Shown piece after piece: positions 18,874 to 29,100 of a DNA stretch of 64,000 bases. Within the stretch, counting starts at the first letter, position 1. Every line of letters starts with the position of its first letter. Location of the stretch: positions 13,952 to 77,951 of the IMG/VR virus record IMGVR_UViG_3300049255_000083. The stretch is one strand, 5' to 3'. Both the position numbers and the translations under genes were made by a program. The notes under the pieces were generated by a model. The model was not told where the DNA came from. It did no database searches and saw only the letters and a list, made by a program, of their open reading frames with translations. The DNA comes from a virus.

Positions 18874-19611
18874 TTACAGGCCAGTGACCGCCGGAGCGAC
18901 ACCGCCCGTGAACCGGAGAGAGAAGCCGTTGCCCGCCGAGCCGTTCGTGCTCGTGGGGGCGAGGCCGGAGTTGATGAACTCGCCGTAGGTCGAGAGACCG
19001 TCGATGATGTCCGTGACCGTCACGGAGCTGTTCTCCGCGACCATGGCCGCGTCCGACGTGTAGCTCGCGGAGTAGCTGTTGAACCAGCAACCCTCGAAGT
19101 ACGTGTAGAGGGCCTGGATGTTCGAGATGCCGTCGCCCGGCCCGGCCCCGTTGGAGCCCGGCTGCACGATGGCCGGCTGGTTCTCGACGCCGCCGCTCGA
19201 GCCACCCGACGCGAGGCCGGACGACCCGATCAGCTCGGACATGACGATTTCCTGGCGGATGTCGAACGGCCAGCGGTGGTGCCGGAGCGAGCGCACCAGG
19301 CCGTCGATGCCGCCGAGGTAGCCCACCTCTTGGAAGAGGTTTGCCGTGTAGAGCATCGTCTTGTTGAGCGTGAGCGTCATCGGCTCCGTCACGGACGGGA
19401 CGAGTTCCGCGATCTGGTCACCGAACCCGACTCCACGCACCGGGTCGATGGTGCGCGACTCCTCGTGGCTGAACTCGGAGATCGCGCCGATCTGCTGGAA
19501 CCTGCCCGCACCCACGGCGTAGCCGTAGACCTTGTTCTTCTGGGAGATGACGGCCCGCGTGTTCGGGGCCGTGCCCATGCGGTAGATGTAGTTGCTGTTG
19601 TCGACGGGCAT
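18874..19611 (-). CDS. Tail tube protein, 245 aa
   Basis: QIGAISEFSHEESRTIDPVRGVGFGDQIAELVPS...LYTYFEGCWFNSYSASY; lies between sheath region and chaperones. Confidence 0.85.
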   Translation of the reverse strand: MPVDNSNYIYRMGTAPNTRAVISQKNKVYGYAVGAGRFQQIGAISEFSHEESRTIDPVRGVGFGDQIAELVPSVTEPMTLTLNKTMLYTANLFQEVGYLGGIDGLVRSLRHHRWPFDIRQEIVMSELIGSSGLASGGSSGGVENQPAIVQPGSNGAGPGDGISNIQALYTYFEGCWFNSYSASYTSDAAMVAENSSVTVTDIIDGLSTYGEFINSGLAPTSTNGSAGNGFSLRFTGGVAPAVTGL

Positions 19612-19644
19612 CTGATCTCTCCTCTAAGGGCTCGGGTCGAACGC

Positions 19645-20493
19645 TCAGACCTTGGCGGGGGCGAAGACACCGTGGAGGCGCTTGGCCTCCTCGTCGAGCT
19701 TCGTCAGCTCGCGCGTGGCGGCCGGCGTGGCGATGTTCCCGGCGACCACATCCTTGACCGCGTTCGCCACCTTGAGCAGGTCGCCCTTGGCGCGAGCGCT
19801 GTCGAACTTCTTGCCCGCCGTGACGAGCAGGTCGATCTTGTTCGAGGTCGACTCGAGGCGCGAGAGCGTCGCGTCCGCGAGGAGCGTGTTCTCCGAGACG
19901 AGCTGGTAGGACGCCTGCTTGGCGCTTCCGCCGACCATCTGCTCGGGGAGGCCGTAGTACGTGTTGTTCTTCGACTGGTCCCCGTAGGGAGACCCGCGGC
20001 GAAGCCATGCCGCGAGGTCGCGGAGCTTGGCCACTTCGTCCTTCTGGATGTCCTGGCCGATGGAGCCATGGCTAGCTTCACTCGCGTGAGAGCTGATGAG
20101 CGCGATCTGCTGCTCGATGCGCCCCACGAGGTTCGAGATCGCCTGCTGCTGCGCCTTGTCCGCTTGCGAGACTTCGTTCGCCATGACTCCTGGTCTCCCT
20201 GATCCGGTCGTAGATGCCCGATCTTGCACCGCTACAAGTGGACTATCGGACCCCCACCGGACCTTGGGAGGGGCCGTCAGCTCGGCAAGACGGTCCAGGT
20301 CGAGGGGGATCATCGCCTCCCCCGTCTTCAGGTACTCGTTCAAGGCCCGGCGGGCTTCCCGGCCGTTCCGGCAGCACTCGGAGACGAGTTTCGCCATGCC
20401 CACCTGCCCGACCATGACCTTGAGGCCATCGGGCAGCGTCACGAAGTCGCGAAGCCCGTCCGTGCTGATTGTGACCGTCTTGACCGTTCCCAC
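19645..20493 (-). CDS. Hypothetical (probably virion) protein with a possible internal start at MANEVSQ (about 20184)
   Basis: GTG start downstream of a late-promoter-like motif; internal CAGGAGTC-ATG RBS. Confidence 0.6.
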   Translation of the reverse strand: MGTVKTVTISTDGLRDFVTLPDGLKVMVGQVGMAKLVSECCRNGREARRALNEYLKTGEAMIPLDLDRLAELTAPPKVRWGSDSPLVAVQDRASTTGSGRPGVMANEVSQADKAQQQAISNLVGRIEQQIALISSHASEASHGSIGQDIQKDEVAKLRDLAAWLRRGSPYGDQSKNNTYYGLPEQMVGGSAKQASYQLVSENTLLADATLSRLESTSNKIDLLVTAGKKFDSARAKGDLLKVANAVKDVVAGNIATPAATRELTKLDEEAKRLHGVFAPAKV

Positions 20494-20508
20494 TCGTCAG
20501 GAGCGGCA

Positions 20509-20521
20509 TACGAAAGGATTA
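20509..20521 (-). promoter_or_regulatory. Candidate late-promoter motif TAATCCTTTCGTA
   Basis: Copy of the recurring intergenic motif. Confidence 0.45.
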
Positions 20522-20743
20522 CTCGTCGTCCAGGTGCTCGGAGGCGAGATCGAAACCCGGAGGGATGGTGGACGGCGGAATGACCACTTCGGGTACTGCG
20601 TCGCTCGGTGGAGGGCACGGCGTGGTGTCACGAGGTGCGGCTTCCACCGCGCGCAGGAGCACCTCGGAGATAGGGTCCTCCCACAGCTCGTCCGCAAAAG
20701 GCACGGGCGTAGCGGCCATGTTGTCTACTTCAAGCCCGTTCAT
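20519..20743 (-). CDS. Small acidic Pro-rich hypothetical protein, 74 aa
   Basis: ATG 2 nt after the upstream stop. Confidence 0.5.
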   Translation of the reverse strand: MNGLEVDNMAATPVPFADELWEDPISEVLLRAVEAAPRDTTPCPPPSDAVPEVVIPPSTIPPGFDLASEHLDDE

Positions 20744-20745
20744 AA

Positions 20746-21591
20746 CTAGACCCTCAAGAAGATTTCCAGCATGTGCGGGATCGCGAAAGTTGTTCCTTTT
20801 GAGGGACTGAACAACCAATCTCCCCGACACTCCCATTGAGCCGGCTCCCCCATTGCCGCTTCGACGTCGTTGAGGAGTTTCGTGGCGAGAGTCAGGTCGA
20901 AAGACACGAACCCACTCTTTCGCGTCGCGACGACTTGCCTTCGCCCTTCCTTCTCGGGACTCACGAGCACTCCGCGCACGAAACCCTCGGAAAAAAGAAC
21001 GACCCATCCTTCGACGAGATCGCCCGAAGTTTCAGCCAGGGCAAAGCCTCCCGTCCCGCGGTCGAGCACGTTGACATCGGGCAGCCCTGAGCGGATTGCC
21101 GGGTAGGCGCCCTCGGTGACGAGATCACGAATCCACATGCACGCGGTCTCGATGCGACCCCCCATGTCCCTCTTCGCGAGGCTCTCCGGAAAGTAGCTCC
21201 GCAGGAGTTTGATGAACCCGACCATAAACGGGTCGAGATGCGCCATCATCGAGACCCCACGCCGATGCACGAGATCGATCTGCGCCACGAGGTTCACCAT
21301 GCCCGGCACGAGAACGAGGTCTCGGTTGAGGAACAGGGTGATGGCAAACATTGTGTCCACGTCGCGCATCGATCGCGTCGCGAACGTCGTCGGCATCCGG
21401 CGACCGAGCGAGAGGTCCTCAAAGAAGCGCGTGAGCGAGCCTTGATGGATGACGGTGAATTCGTCTCCGTGGTGTTCGTAGACGAACTTGCTCGCGTCGG
21501 TTGCGTCCGCGAGAGTAGCGCCTGTCTCGAACGAGATGGCATCCGGCACGATGGCCGGAAGCGTCGACTCGACGACGACTCTCAGATCCAC
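20746..21591 (-). CDS. Hypothetical protein, weakly DHH-phosphoesterase-like
   Basis: YEHHG and RDVDT motifs loosely recall DHH/DxD metal-binding motifs. Confidence 0.45.
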   Translation of the reverse strand: MDLRVVVESTLPAIVPDAISFETGATLADATDASKFVYEHHGDEFTVIHQGSLTRFFEDLSLGRRMPTTFATRSMRDVDTMFAITLFLNRDLVLVPGMVNLVAQIDLVHRRGVSMMAHLDPFMVGFIKLLRSYFPESLAKRDMGGRIETACMWIRDLVTEGAYPAIRSGLPDVNVLDRGTGGFALAETSGDLVEGWVVLFSEGFVRGVLVSPEKEGRRQVVATRKSGFVSFDLTLATKLLNDVEAAMGEPAQWECRGDWLFSPSKGTTFAIPHMLEIFLRV

Positions 21592-21609
21592 GAAGGACCA
21601 CCTACACCG

Positions 21610-22101
21610 TCAGGGGCACGGATTCGGGGGGCAGTTGTTCGTCGGAACCGTCGCATCGTAGGGAATGTCGGGGAAGATGCGGATGGTGCGGGGACGGAGG
21701 TCCACAGTGGGGAGAGCCGTCCACGTGATGCCCGCCCGCTGATCGGCTTGCGCCGCCTGGTCCGCGAGAACCTGCCACGACGTGACCGGCACGGGCGTCG
21801 TGCCGTCCTCCCAGTCCGTGATCTCGCTCTCCATAACGCCGCAGAAAGCCGCCGCTTGGGCCACGCTCATGTTCTGGGCAAGGCGGATGAACTGGAACGT
21901 CTGCCCGTTCACGAGCGACATGTGCGCCAACGTGGAGGCTGCACGGCGATAGGCGGCAGCCACCGCACCTGGGATGAACTGGGCGGTCCCATCGGACTCG
22001 CGGAACCCCGTAAGGCCCGCCACGAAAACGATGCCCGTGTTGCCGACCGGCATCGAGAAGTCGATGAGGTCGTACAGCTCGATGTCGGGGCTGTAGCTCA
22101 T
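21610..22101 (-). CDS. XRE-family HTH protein (MqsA/HigA-like layout), 163 aa
   Basis: GQTFQFIRLAQNMSVAQAAAFCGVMESEITDWEDG; start overlaps the upstream stop (ATGA). Confidence 0.7.
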   Translation of the reverse strand: MSYSPDIELYDLIDFSMPVGNTGIVFVAGLTGFRESDGTAQFIPGAVAAAYRRAASTLAHMSLVNGQTFQFIRLAQNMSVAQAAAFCGVMESEITDWEDGTTPVPVTSWQVLADQAAQADQRAGITWTALPTVDLRPRTIRIFPDIPYDATVPTNNCPPNPCP

Positions 22102-22490
22102 TCCCAGCCGACGAAACCGCCCCCAGCAACCGCCGGGTCGGCGTCGTACTTCTCCATCATGTCCTCGACGCGCTCGCGGAGGTTGTCCTTCCAACCCTGC
22201 GTGCGCTTCACGATGGGCCACTTGCCGCTCTTGAGCGGGCGCCCGTCGCGGTAGAGACCGACGCGGATGGCATCATCCCCGACGCCGGCCGCTTGCTCGG
22301 AGCCTTTGTGGACCGACGTGAAGACCTTGATGGTCACGCGACTGTCGAGCGGGAGGTTGATGATGATCTCCCCGCGCTCCACCGTTTCCTTCTGAGGTTC
22401 GAGCGCGTGAAACGCCCGCTTGAGGAAGGTCCGCATGTCGTCGAGCGAGACCTCCTGGTACTGCGCGGCCATGCCGACGACGGTGGTCAT
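22098..22490 (-). CDS. Hypothetical protein, 130 aa
   Basis: ATGA-coupled to the helicase stop; typical codon usage. Confidence 0.65.
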   Translation of the reverse strand: MTTVVGMAAQYQEVSLDDMRTFLKRAFHALEPQKETVERGEIIINLPLDSRVTIKVFTSVHKGSEQAAGVGDDAIRVGLYRDGRPLKSGKWPIVKRTQGWKDNLRERVEDMMEKYDADPAVAGGGFVGWE

Positions 22491-25400
22491 CGCGCCCTCC
22501 GGTCGTAGCTCATCTCGACGTCGCCGTAGCGGCCGATGATCTCGTCCAGATCGACAGCCGAGACCTCGAAGGCCACCTTCACCGCCTCGGGCGTCGACTC
22601 GGGGTGAACGTTCTGGCCCGGCGCGAGCCCCGCCTCTCGAACGAACACGCCGAGGGTGGGGGGATCGCCCGGCTTGCGCTTCACGCGCTCTTGCGAGCAA
22701 ATGACCTGGAGGTCCGTCTTGGCGCGCGTGATCCCCACGTAGGCCAGGTTGCGCTCCGAGATCATCCGGTCTTCGATGTGCGTGTGGGCGCGCTTCACCG
22801 CGTACTCACGCTCGTCCGGCGGCCACGGGATGCGAGCCCCGAGCTTCTGGAGTTCGGTCTCGAGGAGCGTGCTGTCGTCCTTCTTCTTCCCAGGGAAGAA
22901 CCCGTAGGAGCAGCACAAGGCCACGTGATCCCACTGGGCGCCCTTGACCGAGTGAACCGTCGAAAGCGAGAGCTGGTCGGGGTTCAGGTTCTTGTCTTGG
23001 AGCTTGCGGGATTCGGTCTTGTAGCGATCGAGCTTGCGGTAGAAACCTGTCGCCTCGCCAGGGTTGACCCCGAGCGCCTGGTCCTTCGAGTTCGGACGAG
23101 CGATGTCGAAGAGGTAGCGCACGGTTCCGAGACCAGCGAGCGGGTCCGGCTTCTCGCTCGCTGGCGCACCTTCGCCGGGAGGGGCGTTGGGATCGGTGAG
23201 GTGCGTCCCGTGCTCGTCGATCGTGACCTTCTTCTCCGAGTCGGGCGCAGGCTCGTCGTCGTCGGGATTGCGGTTGAAGGCGATCGATTCCTTGATGGAC
23301 TGCTTGAGCGAGACCGTCTTGCGCGTGTCCTGCTGCGTCTTCTTGTTGTAGTAGCCGACCTCGGTCGTGATGCCGTCGAGGATGCGGTTGAGCAAGTCCT
23401 CGGTCTTGACATTGCTTCGCATCTGTGTGCGAAGGTCCATCACCTGTCGGCCCATTTCGAGGAGCTTGTCGGTGAGCTTGTCGACGTCCTCCCACCACAT
23501 CCAGTCTTCGCCCTTGTAGCGAATCTGGTCGGCAAACCACCCACCACGCTCGCGTTCGAGCTTGCGCGCCGCCGCGATCTTGGCGGCCCGGTACGGCTCC
23601 TTGAGGTCCGCGGCGAGCTTCTTCGCGATCTGCGGCCGGGTGAGGCAGTCGAGCGGGTTGAAGCTGCGGACGTCCACGCCCTCGGCTTGAGCGATGCCCT
23701 TGAGGGAGTCCTTGACGATCCGTTCGATGGCCTCGTCCCCGAGGAAGATCTCTCGGTTCGGCGCATTGACCGTGTGGACCAAGGCTTCCGTCAGCTCCTC
23801 GTTGTCCGAGGAGAGCGCGAGGTCCATGTAGCCGAGGACGGCGTTGGACTCCGTGCTTTCGAGGAATCCCTTGCCCTTGCTACGGCGGTACGGGATCTCG
23901 TGGATGATGCACTGGTCCTCGAACGCATTCAGCTCGTTGTTGGTACGGCTGAGGACCGCGAAGCCCTTGGCCCACGTCGAACCCTCGACGGCCTTGGTCT
24001 TCTCGAAGGACTCGATGATGTCGCCCGCGATGCCCACGTAGCTCGGCGGGGTCTCGACCACGATGCTCGCGCGCCCCCGCGGCTTCTTCGGGTCGGGCCG
24101 CGCCTGCATCTCGATCTGGCCCGTGTTGTGGGCCGTGACCTTGTTTGCCGCCTCGACGATCTCGGGGTCGCAGCGGTAGTTCGTCTGGATCTTCCGCGTG
24201 ACCCAGCCTTCCTTGCCGTCGAGGGCCGAGAAGAGGCCCGGCCGCGCGCCGCGGAACTGGTAGATCGCCTGCTTGTCGTCGCCGACGATCCAGAAGCTCT
24301 TGCCCGACCCCGGCTGCACCTGGTCGGTCATCATGCGGAAGATGTCGTGCTGCACGACGTTGAGGTCCTGAGCCTCGTCGACGAGCACGTGGTCGAACAT
24401 CTGGTTGGCGGCCTTCCGAGCCGCCGGGTCACGCTCCAAGATGTCGCGGAAAATGAGGAGCATGTCGTTGAGGTCCGCGAGCCGGCGTCCATCGGCGCGG
24501 AAGTCGCGCATGAACTTCTGGAATGCGGCGGAGGGGCGCGGCGGCTTCCAGTCGGGTCCACGGTCGCCCTTGAGGCCGGCGTAGACCTCCATCCACACGG
24601 CGCCGTAGACCTCTTCCACGGTCTCCGCGCCCTTGAGCGCGGTCTCGAAGTCCACGTCGTTGCCGAGCCAGTTCTCCTTCAACTGGTTGCAGAGCTTCGC
24701 CGGAGGGGCGCCCCCAAAGAGCTTCTCGGGCAAGCCGGTCATCGCCGCGAGACCCCCAGGGCCGATGTCGCGGATGACGGCGCGAACCGCCGCGGTCATT
24801 TGGCGCGGCGTCGGGGCCTTCTTCTTTCCGCGATCTCCGACTCTCTCGCCGGTCTCGTCGATGACGAAACCTTCCTCGCCCTCGTCCTCGTTTTTCTTGC
24901 CGCGAGGCGTGGCGATGAGGCTCCCGTCCGAGAGGGCCGCGCGCTCGGCATCGTTGCCGAACCCCTTCTTCCCGTTCGTCCCGATGAAGTTGCGGAAGAC
25001 GGAGTGCATCGTTCCGCACGTCACGGAGTCCCCAGCCGAGCCCAGCTCTTTGCCGATGCTCGCCCGCAGGTCTTCGGCCGCTCTCGTGTTGAACGTCGCC
25101 ACGAGAATGCGCGACGGCGACTCGTGCTTGACCTGGATGAGGTACTTGAGCCGGCCCACGAGCGTCGTGCTCTTGCCGGCACCTGCACCGGCCGCCACGA
25201 GCACCTTGCCGTCCGTGAGCGCCGCCGCCCGCTGCTCCTCGTCGAGCGGGTACCCGCCGACCGTGAGGGCCGCCTTCATCGCGGGGCTATCGGGGTCGGT
25301 GGCGATGGCTGTAGCAACGGCCGTGGCGATGCCGGTGGCCTCGCTCCGCGTGACCGGCCGGTCCGGCGCCTTGACCATGTCGAGCGCCGCTTTGGCCGCG

Positions 25401-26104
25401 TCCGTCGCGTGGTTCTCGATGCGGGCGAGGGTGTTCGCCTGCGCCGCCTGAGCCTCGGCGTGAACTTCGGAGGAAGCGACCGCCCCCTCCTGCGTCACCT
25501 TCTGGTCGAGAAGGTTCTGGGCGTCCTCCCCGACTTGTTTGACCGCCTCGTGAACCGGGTTGACCGCCACGACGGGCTTGCCCGCCGCGTCGGCCGCATG
25601 GCCTATCCAGCCCTGGAGCCGCTTGTTCTTGAGGGAGATGGTCGAGAACTTGACGAGGGCTTCGGCCGACGCACCCGAAGTGGACGCCTCGATGGCATCC
25701 GAAACTTCCTTGCGGGCGCGAATCGAGGTCCCGAAGACATGCTTGAGGGACGACGGGCCCCCGCGTGTGAGGACCGTGCGGAGCTTGAGCGCCCGCATCG
25801 AGCACCCCTTGGCGCTCGTCGGGTACTTCATCGACGCTTCGAGCATCTTCAGCGCGCCAGGGGACTTGACGCCCGCTTCGATGACGGAGCGCACCTTGTC
25901 GAGGTGATCGCGCTCCATCATCTTCGCGAGCATGCCTCCGCGCATGAACAGCGCGTCGGCCTTCTGTCCGGTCTCCTTGAGCCAGCGGAAGTAGGTGTCG
26001 AAAGCGAGGAGGAAGACGAGGTAGTCCGCGACTTCCAGCTCGCTGAACGCCTCTTCCTGTGTGGCCTCGTCCGCGAGGAAGTGGCGCTGGTACTCGAATG
26101 CCAT
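22487..26104 (-). CDS. uvrD: UvrD/Rep/PcrA-type SF1A helicase with long N-terminal extension, 1205 aa
   Basis: Motifs AGAGAGKST, VLVDEAQD, VGDDKQAIYQFRGA, TNYR, LSRTN, STVHSVKGAQW, ERNLAYVGITRAK. Confidence 0.92.
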   Translation of the reverse strand: MAFEYQRHFLADEATQEEAFSELEVADYLVFLLAFDTYFRWLKETGQKADALFMRGGMLAKMMERDHLDKVRSVIEAGVKSPGALKMLEASMKYPTSAKGCSMRALKLRTVLTRGGPSSLKHVFGTSIRARKEVSDAIEASTSGASAEALVKFSTISLKNKRLQGWIGHAADAAGKPVVAVNPVHEAVKQVGEDAQNLLDQKVTQEGAVASSEVHAEAQAAQANTLARIENHATDAAKAALDMVKAPDRPVTRSEATGIATAVATAIATDPDSPAMKAALTVGGYPLDEEQRAAALTDGKVLVAAGAGAGKSTTLVGRLKYLIQVKHESPSRILVATFNTRAAEDLRASIGKELGSAGDSVTCGTMHSVFRNFIGTNGKKGFGNDAERAALSDGSLIATPRGKKNEDEGEEGFVIDETGERVGDRGKKKAPTPRQMTAAVRAVIRDIGPGGLAAMTGLPEKLFGGAPPAKLCNQLKENWLGNDVDFETALKGAETVEEVYGAVWMEVYAGLKGDRGPDWKPPRPSAAFQKFMRDFRADGRRLADLNDMLLIFRDILERDPAARKAANQMFDHVLVDEAQDLNVVQHDIFRMMTDQVQPGSGKSFWIVGDDKQAIYQFRGARPGLFSALDGKEGWVTRKIQTNYRCDPEIVEAANKVTAHNTGQIEMQARPDPKKPRGRASIVVETPPSYVGIAGDIIESFEKTKAVEGSTWAKGFAVLSRTNNELNAFEDQCIIHEIPYRRSKGKGFLESTESNAVLGYMDLALSSDNEELTEALVHTVNAPNREIFLGDEAIERIVKDSLKGIAQAEGVDVRSFNPLDCLTRPQIAKKLAADLKEPYRAAKIAAARKLERERGGWFADQIRYKGEDWMWWEDVDKLTDKLLEMGRQVMDLRTQMRSNVKTEDLLNRILDGITTEVGYYNKKTQQDTRKTVSLKQSIKESIAFNRNPDDDEPAPDSEKKVTIDEHGTHLTDPNAPPGEGAPASEKPDPLAGLGTVRYLFDIARPNSKDQALGVNPGEATGFYRKLDRYKTESRKLQDKNLNPDQLSLSTVHSVKGAQWDHVALCCSYGFFPGKKKDDSTLLETELQKLGARIPWPPDEREYAVKRAHTHIEDRMISERNLAYVGITRAKTDLQVICSQERVKRKPGDPPTLGVFVREAGLAPGQNVHPESTPEAVKVAFEVSAVDLDEIIGRYGDVEMSYDRRAR

Positions 26105-26130
26105 CGTCGGGGCCTACACCTGGATGTGGC

Positions 26131-29100
26131 TCAGATTTGAGCGCGCAGATTGAACGTCAGGACGAGGTACTCCAGGGGGAAGATCGGCTGGTAGTACGCC
26201 TCGAAGAGGAGGACGGTGGGGTCGTCGGGGCTGATGCTCGAGGAGATCCCCGTGAACGCTCCGACGATCTCCGCTTGGACGAGCTGCTTGAACAGCGCCG
26301 TCATCGTGACGTTGACTTCGTTCGTGCGCGTCGAGAGGAACTTCGTGCCCACGAACTGGTCGAGGGCCTGACGCGACTGCTGCTGAACGAAGTCCGCGAT
26401 CTGCGTGACGGTGGGCAGCCGGGTGAGAACCGACTGCATGTTCGTCGTCAGACCCTGACGGATGCGGACGAGGTTGGTCAGGGCCTCGATGAGAGTGACG
26501 CCCGCGACCGCGGTCTGGTTCGCCGTCACCGGGTCGAGCGTCCGCGGGATGCTCGTGAAGCCCTGGAGGCGGCGGCGCGTGTACGGGGTCGCGACGTCGA
26601 CGGACGGGCTCACGACCGCTCCGGCCACCGCGGCGGCGAAGAAGGTGCCGTCCACGACGGATTCGGTGGCGTTCCCGAGTTCGTCCGTCAGCGTGATGAT
26701 GGAGCTGTCGGGGTAGAACGCGACGATGCGGCTCGAAACGAGGCTCTGAGCCACAGACTGTGCGGTCTGCGGCGTCGTGCCCGACGCGAACCCGATGAAG
26801 CCCATCCGCTCCGACTGGTTCTGGATGAGGCTCATCGTCTCGCAGCTCTGCGTGAGGTACGAGTAGACGGCCGTGCTCGTAGCGAGCGGCACGATGATGT
26901 CGGGCTTGATGTTGCCGGGGAGCGGCGTCTGGAGGCCCTGGATGGCGTTGATGAACGACGTGTCGCTCGCTTGGTTCGTGTTCGGAACCTTCAGCACCTG
27001 CTGGATGCCGACGAGGAGCGACCCGTTGAGGATCGCGAGGTACGCCGCGAGGGACACGCGGTTCGACGCCGAGACCGTACCGAACGCAGCCTCGATGGAC
27101 GAGAGCTGGCGGTAGATCGCCGGGGAGAAGTCCTGCTTCATGTACTGGTAGGACAGGAAGTAGAAGTCCCCGATCCCAGGCGCGACGCCCGAGGGGTTGA
27201 ACGTCTGGATGGTCCCGGTGTCCGCGACGTTGACGCCAACGGTGTTCGAGACCGTCGTCTCGAGGCCGGGAATCGCGTACCACGGACGAGCCGGGTTCAC
27301 CTGGAAGGTCTGCGAGACCGTCATGGTGAAGCTGCCGCCGAGGTCGTAGCTCCCCGTCTGGGCCGGGAGAACCGTGAACCGGAGACCCGTCTGGGCCGCC
27401 GTGAACGTGACGCCGGGGATACCCGTGCCGGACGAACCCGCGGCCCCCGCGCTAGAGGTAACCGTGTAGTTCTCCAGCACGTCCTCGCCGTTGTCGCCGT
27501 CCACACCGGGGGTGAGCCCGATGTTCGTGCTCGTGTTGAACGCGCTGCTGTTGAGGAACGAGATGCTCGAGGCGGCAGCACCCGTCGTGAGCGACTCGAA
27601 CGTGATGTAGTTCGCGCCGTTGATGGCGTCCACGTAGGCGACCCCACCGGCCGCGACGAGGCCCTGCGAGAGCAGTTCGTCCACGACCTCCTGGGCCTTG
27701 ACCTGCTGCTGGCTCGCCGCCGTGTTCGTCGTGAACCCGAGGACCGCGTTGGCCGAGCCGTTGCCGATGAGGAGCGCCGACTTGGCGTCGTTGCTCGGGC
27801 TCGTCAGGCGGAGCTTGCCCGCGTTGCCGAGAGTTCCGTCCGACGCGACACCCGAGAGACCGGGCACCGCGTTGATGGCACCCACCACCGCCGAGATCGT
27901 CACCGATCCGCCCGGCAGCGTCACCGTGTACTGGATGCCGTTGACGCTGAGGACGAACTGGTCGTTGAGACCCGTCGTGATGTTGAACGGACCGGCGATC
28001 GAACCGAGGAGCGTCGCCGGCTTGTTCACCGCACCGGGGGTGCCCGCCCCGGACTGGAACATCGTGAAGCCGAGGAACGTGTTGGTTCCCGGCTCGTTGC
28101 TGGTCGTGACCGTCGTGGCCGAGTTGACCTTCACCGCCGAGACCGCATCGAACCCGCCCGGCAACGCACCGGGGGCCGTGTAGCTCTTGACGATGAAGAA
28201 GACGTCGCCCGTGGACCCGCCGATCTGCGCGAACGACGCGAGGTTGTTCGGTGCAGTGCCGCTGAACGCCGCGTTGGCGTCGATGGCTGCGTTGATCGCG
28301 GCCACGATGGCGGTCGGAGTATGCGCCCCCGCCGTGAGGGTCACCTGGACATCGACGCCGTCGATGAGAAGGTCGAGGACGTTGTTCGGCGAAGCGTCCA
28401 CCGTGATGTGACCGCCGCTGTCGGGCGTCAGGTGGCCGCTCACGATGTAGCCGTGAGCCGCAGCGTCGAGGTTCGCCGTGAACGGCGTCCCGTTGACGCC
28501 CATCGACCACGTGGCCGAGTACGGCGAGAAGAAGTTGTACGGCTCGGCGCTGCGGTTCGTGAACGCCGCGTTGGCCGCGGGCTCCTGGCCGAACGTCACC
28601 GTGACTGTCTCGGAAACCGGCGTTCCCGAGCCCGTGTGGAACGCATCGGGGATCGTCTCCGACCCGCGCGGCCACTGGATGGTCTCCGATATGCCCGTCT
28701 TGGTCCCGAAGAGAACCTGGTAGAGGTTCTGACCGGACGCCGAATCCGTGACCGTGTACTGGCCCGTGCCCACCGGGCCGGGGACCTGGCAAGCCAGGAC
28801 ATACGTGTCGTCGCTGACGTGGTTGTAGTAGAACGTCGCGAAGACGGTCCAGTCCGGCGGGATCGGGTTCTGGAGCGTGATGGTGCGGTTCACGCCGTCG
28901 ACGACCGTGACCGTCTGCTTCGGACGGTTGAGGGCGTCGCGGAGGCCGCGGCCCGCGTAGACCTGCACGAGGTCGGGCCGATTCGTCACGAGGTCAAGAC
29001 GGCTGTTCGTGACCGTGTTGAACAGGGTCTGGCCGAGCGTCGTGTCGCGACCGTTGCCCGTGGTCGGGATCTCGGGGAGCACGAACTGCGTCGCCGAGAC

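Noticed and set aside
22487-26104. Intein in the oversized helicase
   Set aside because: No C/S...HN-C/S/T splice junctions or LAGLIDADG motifs visible in the insertions.
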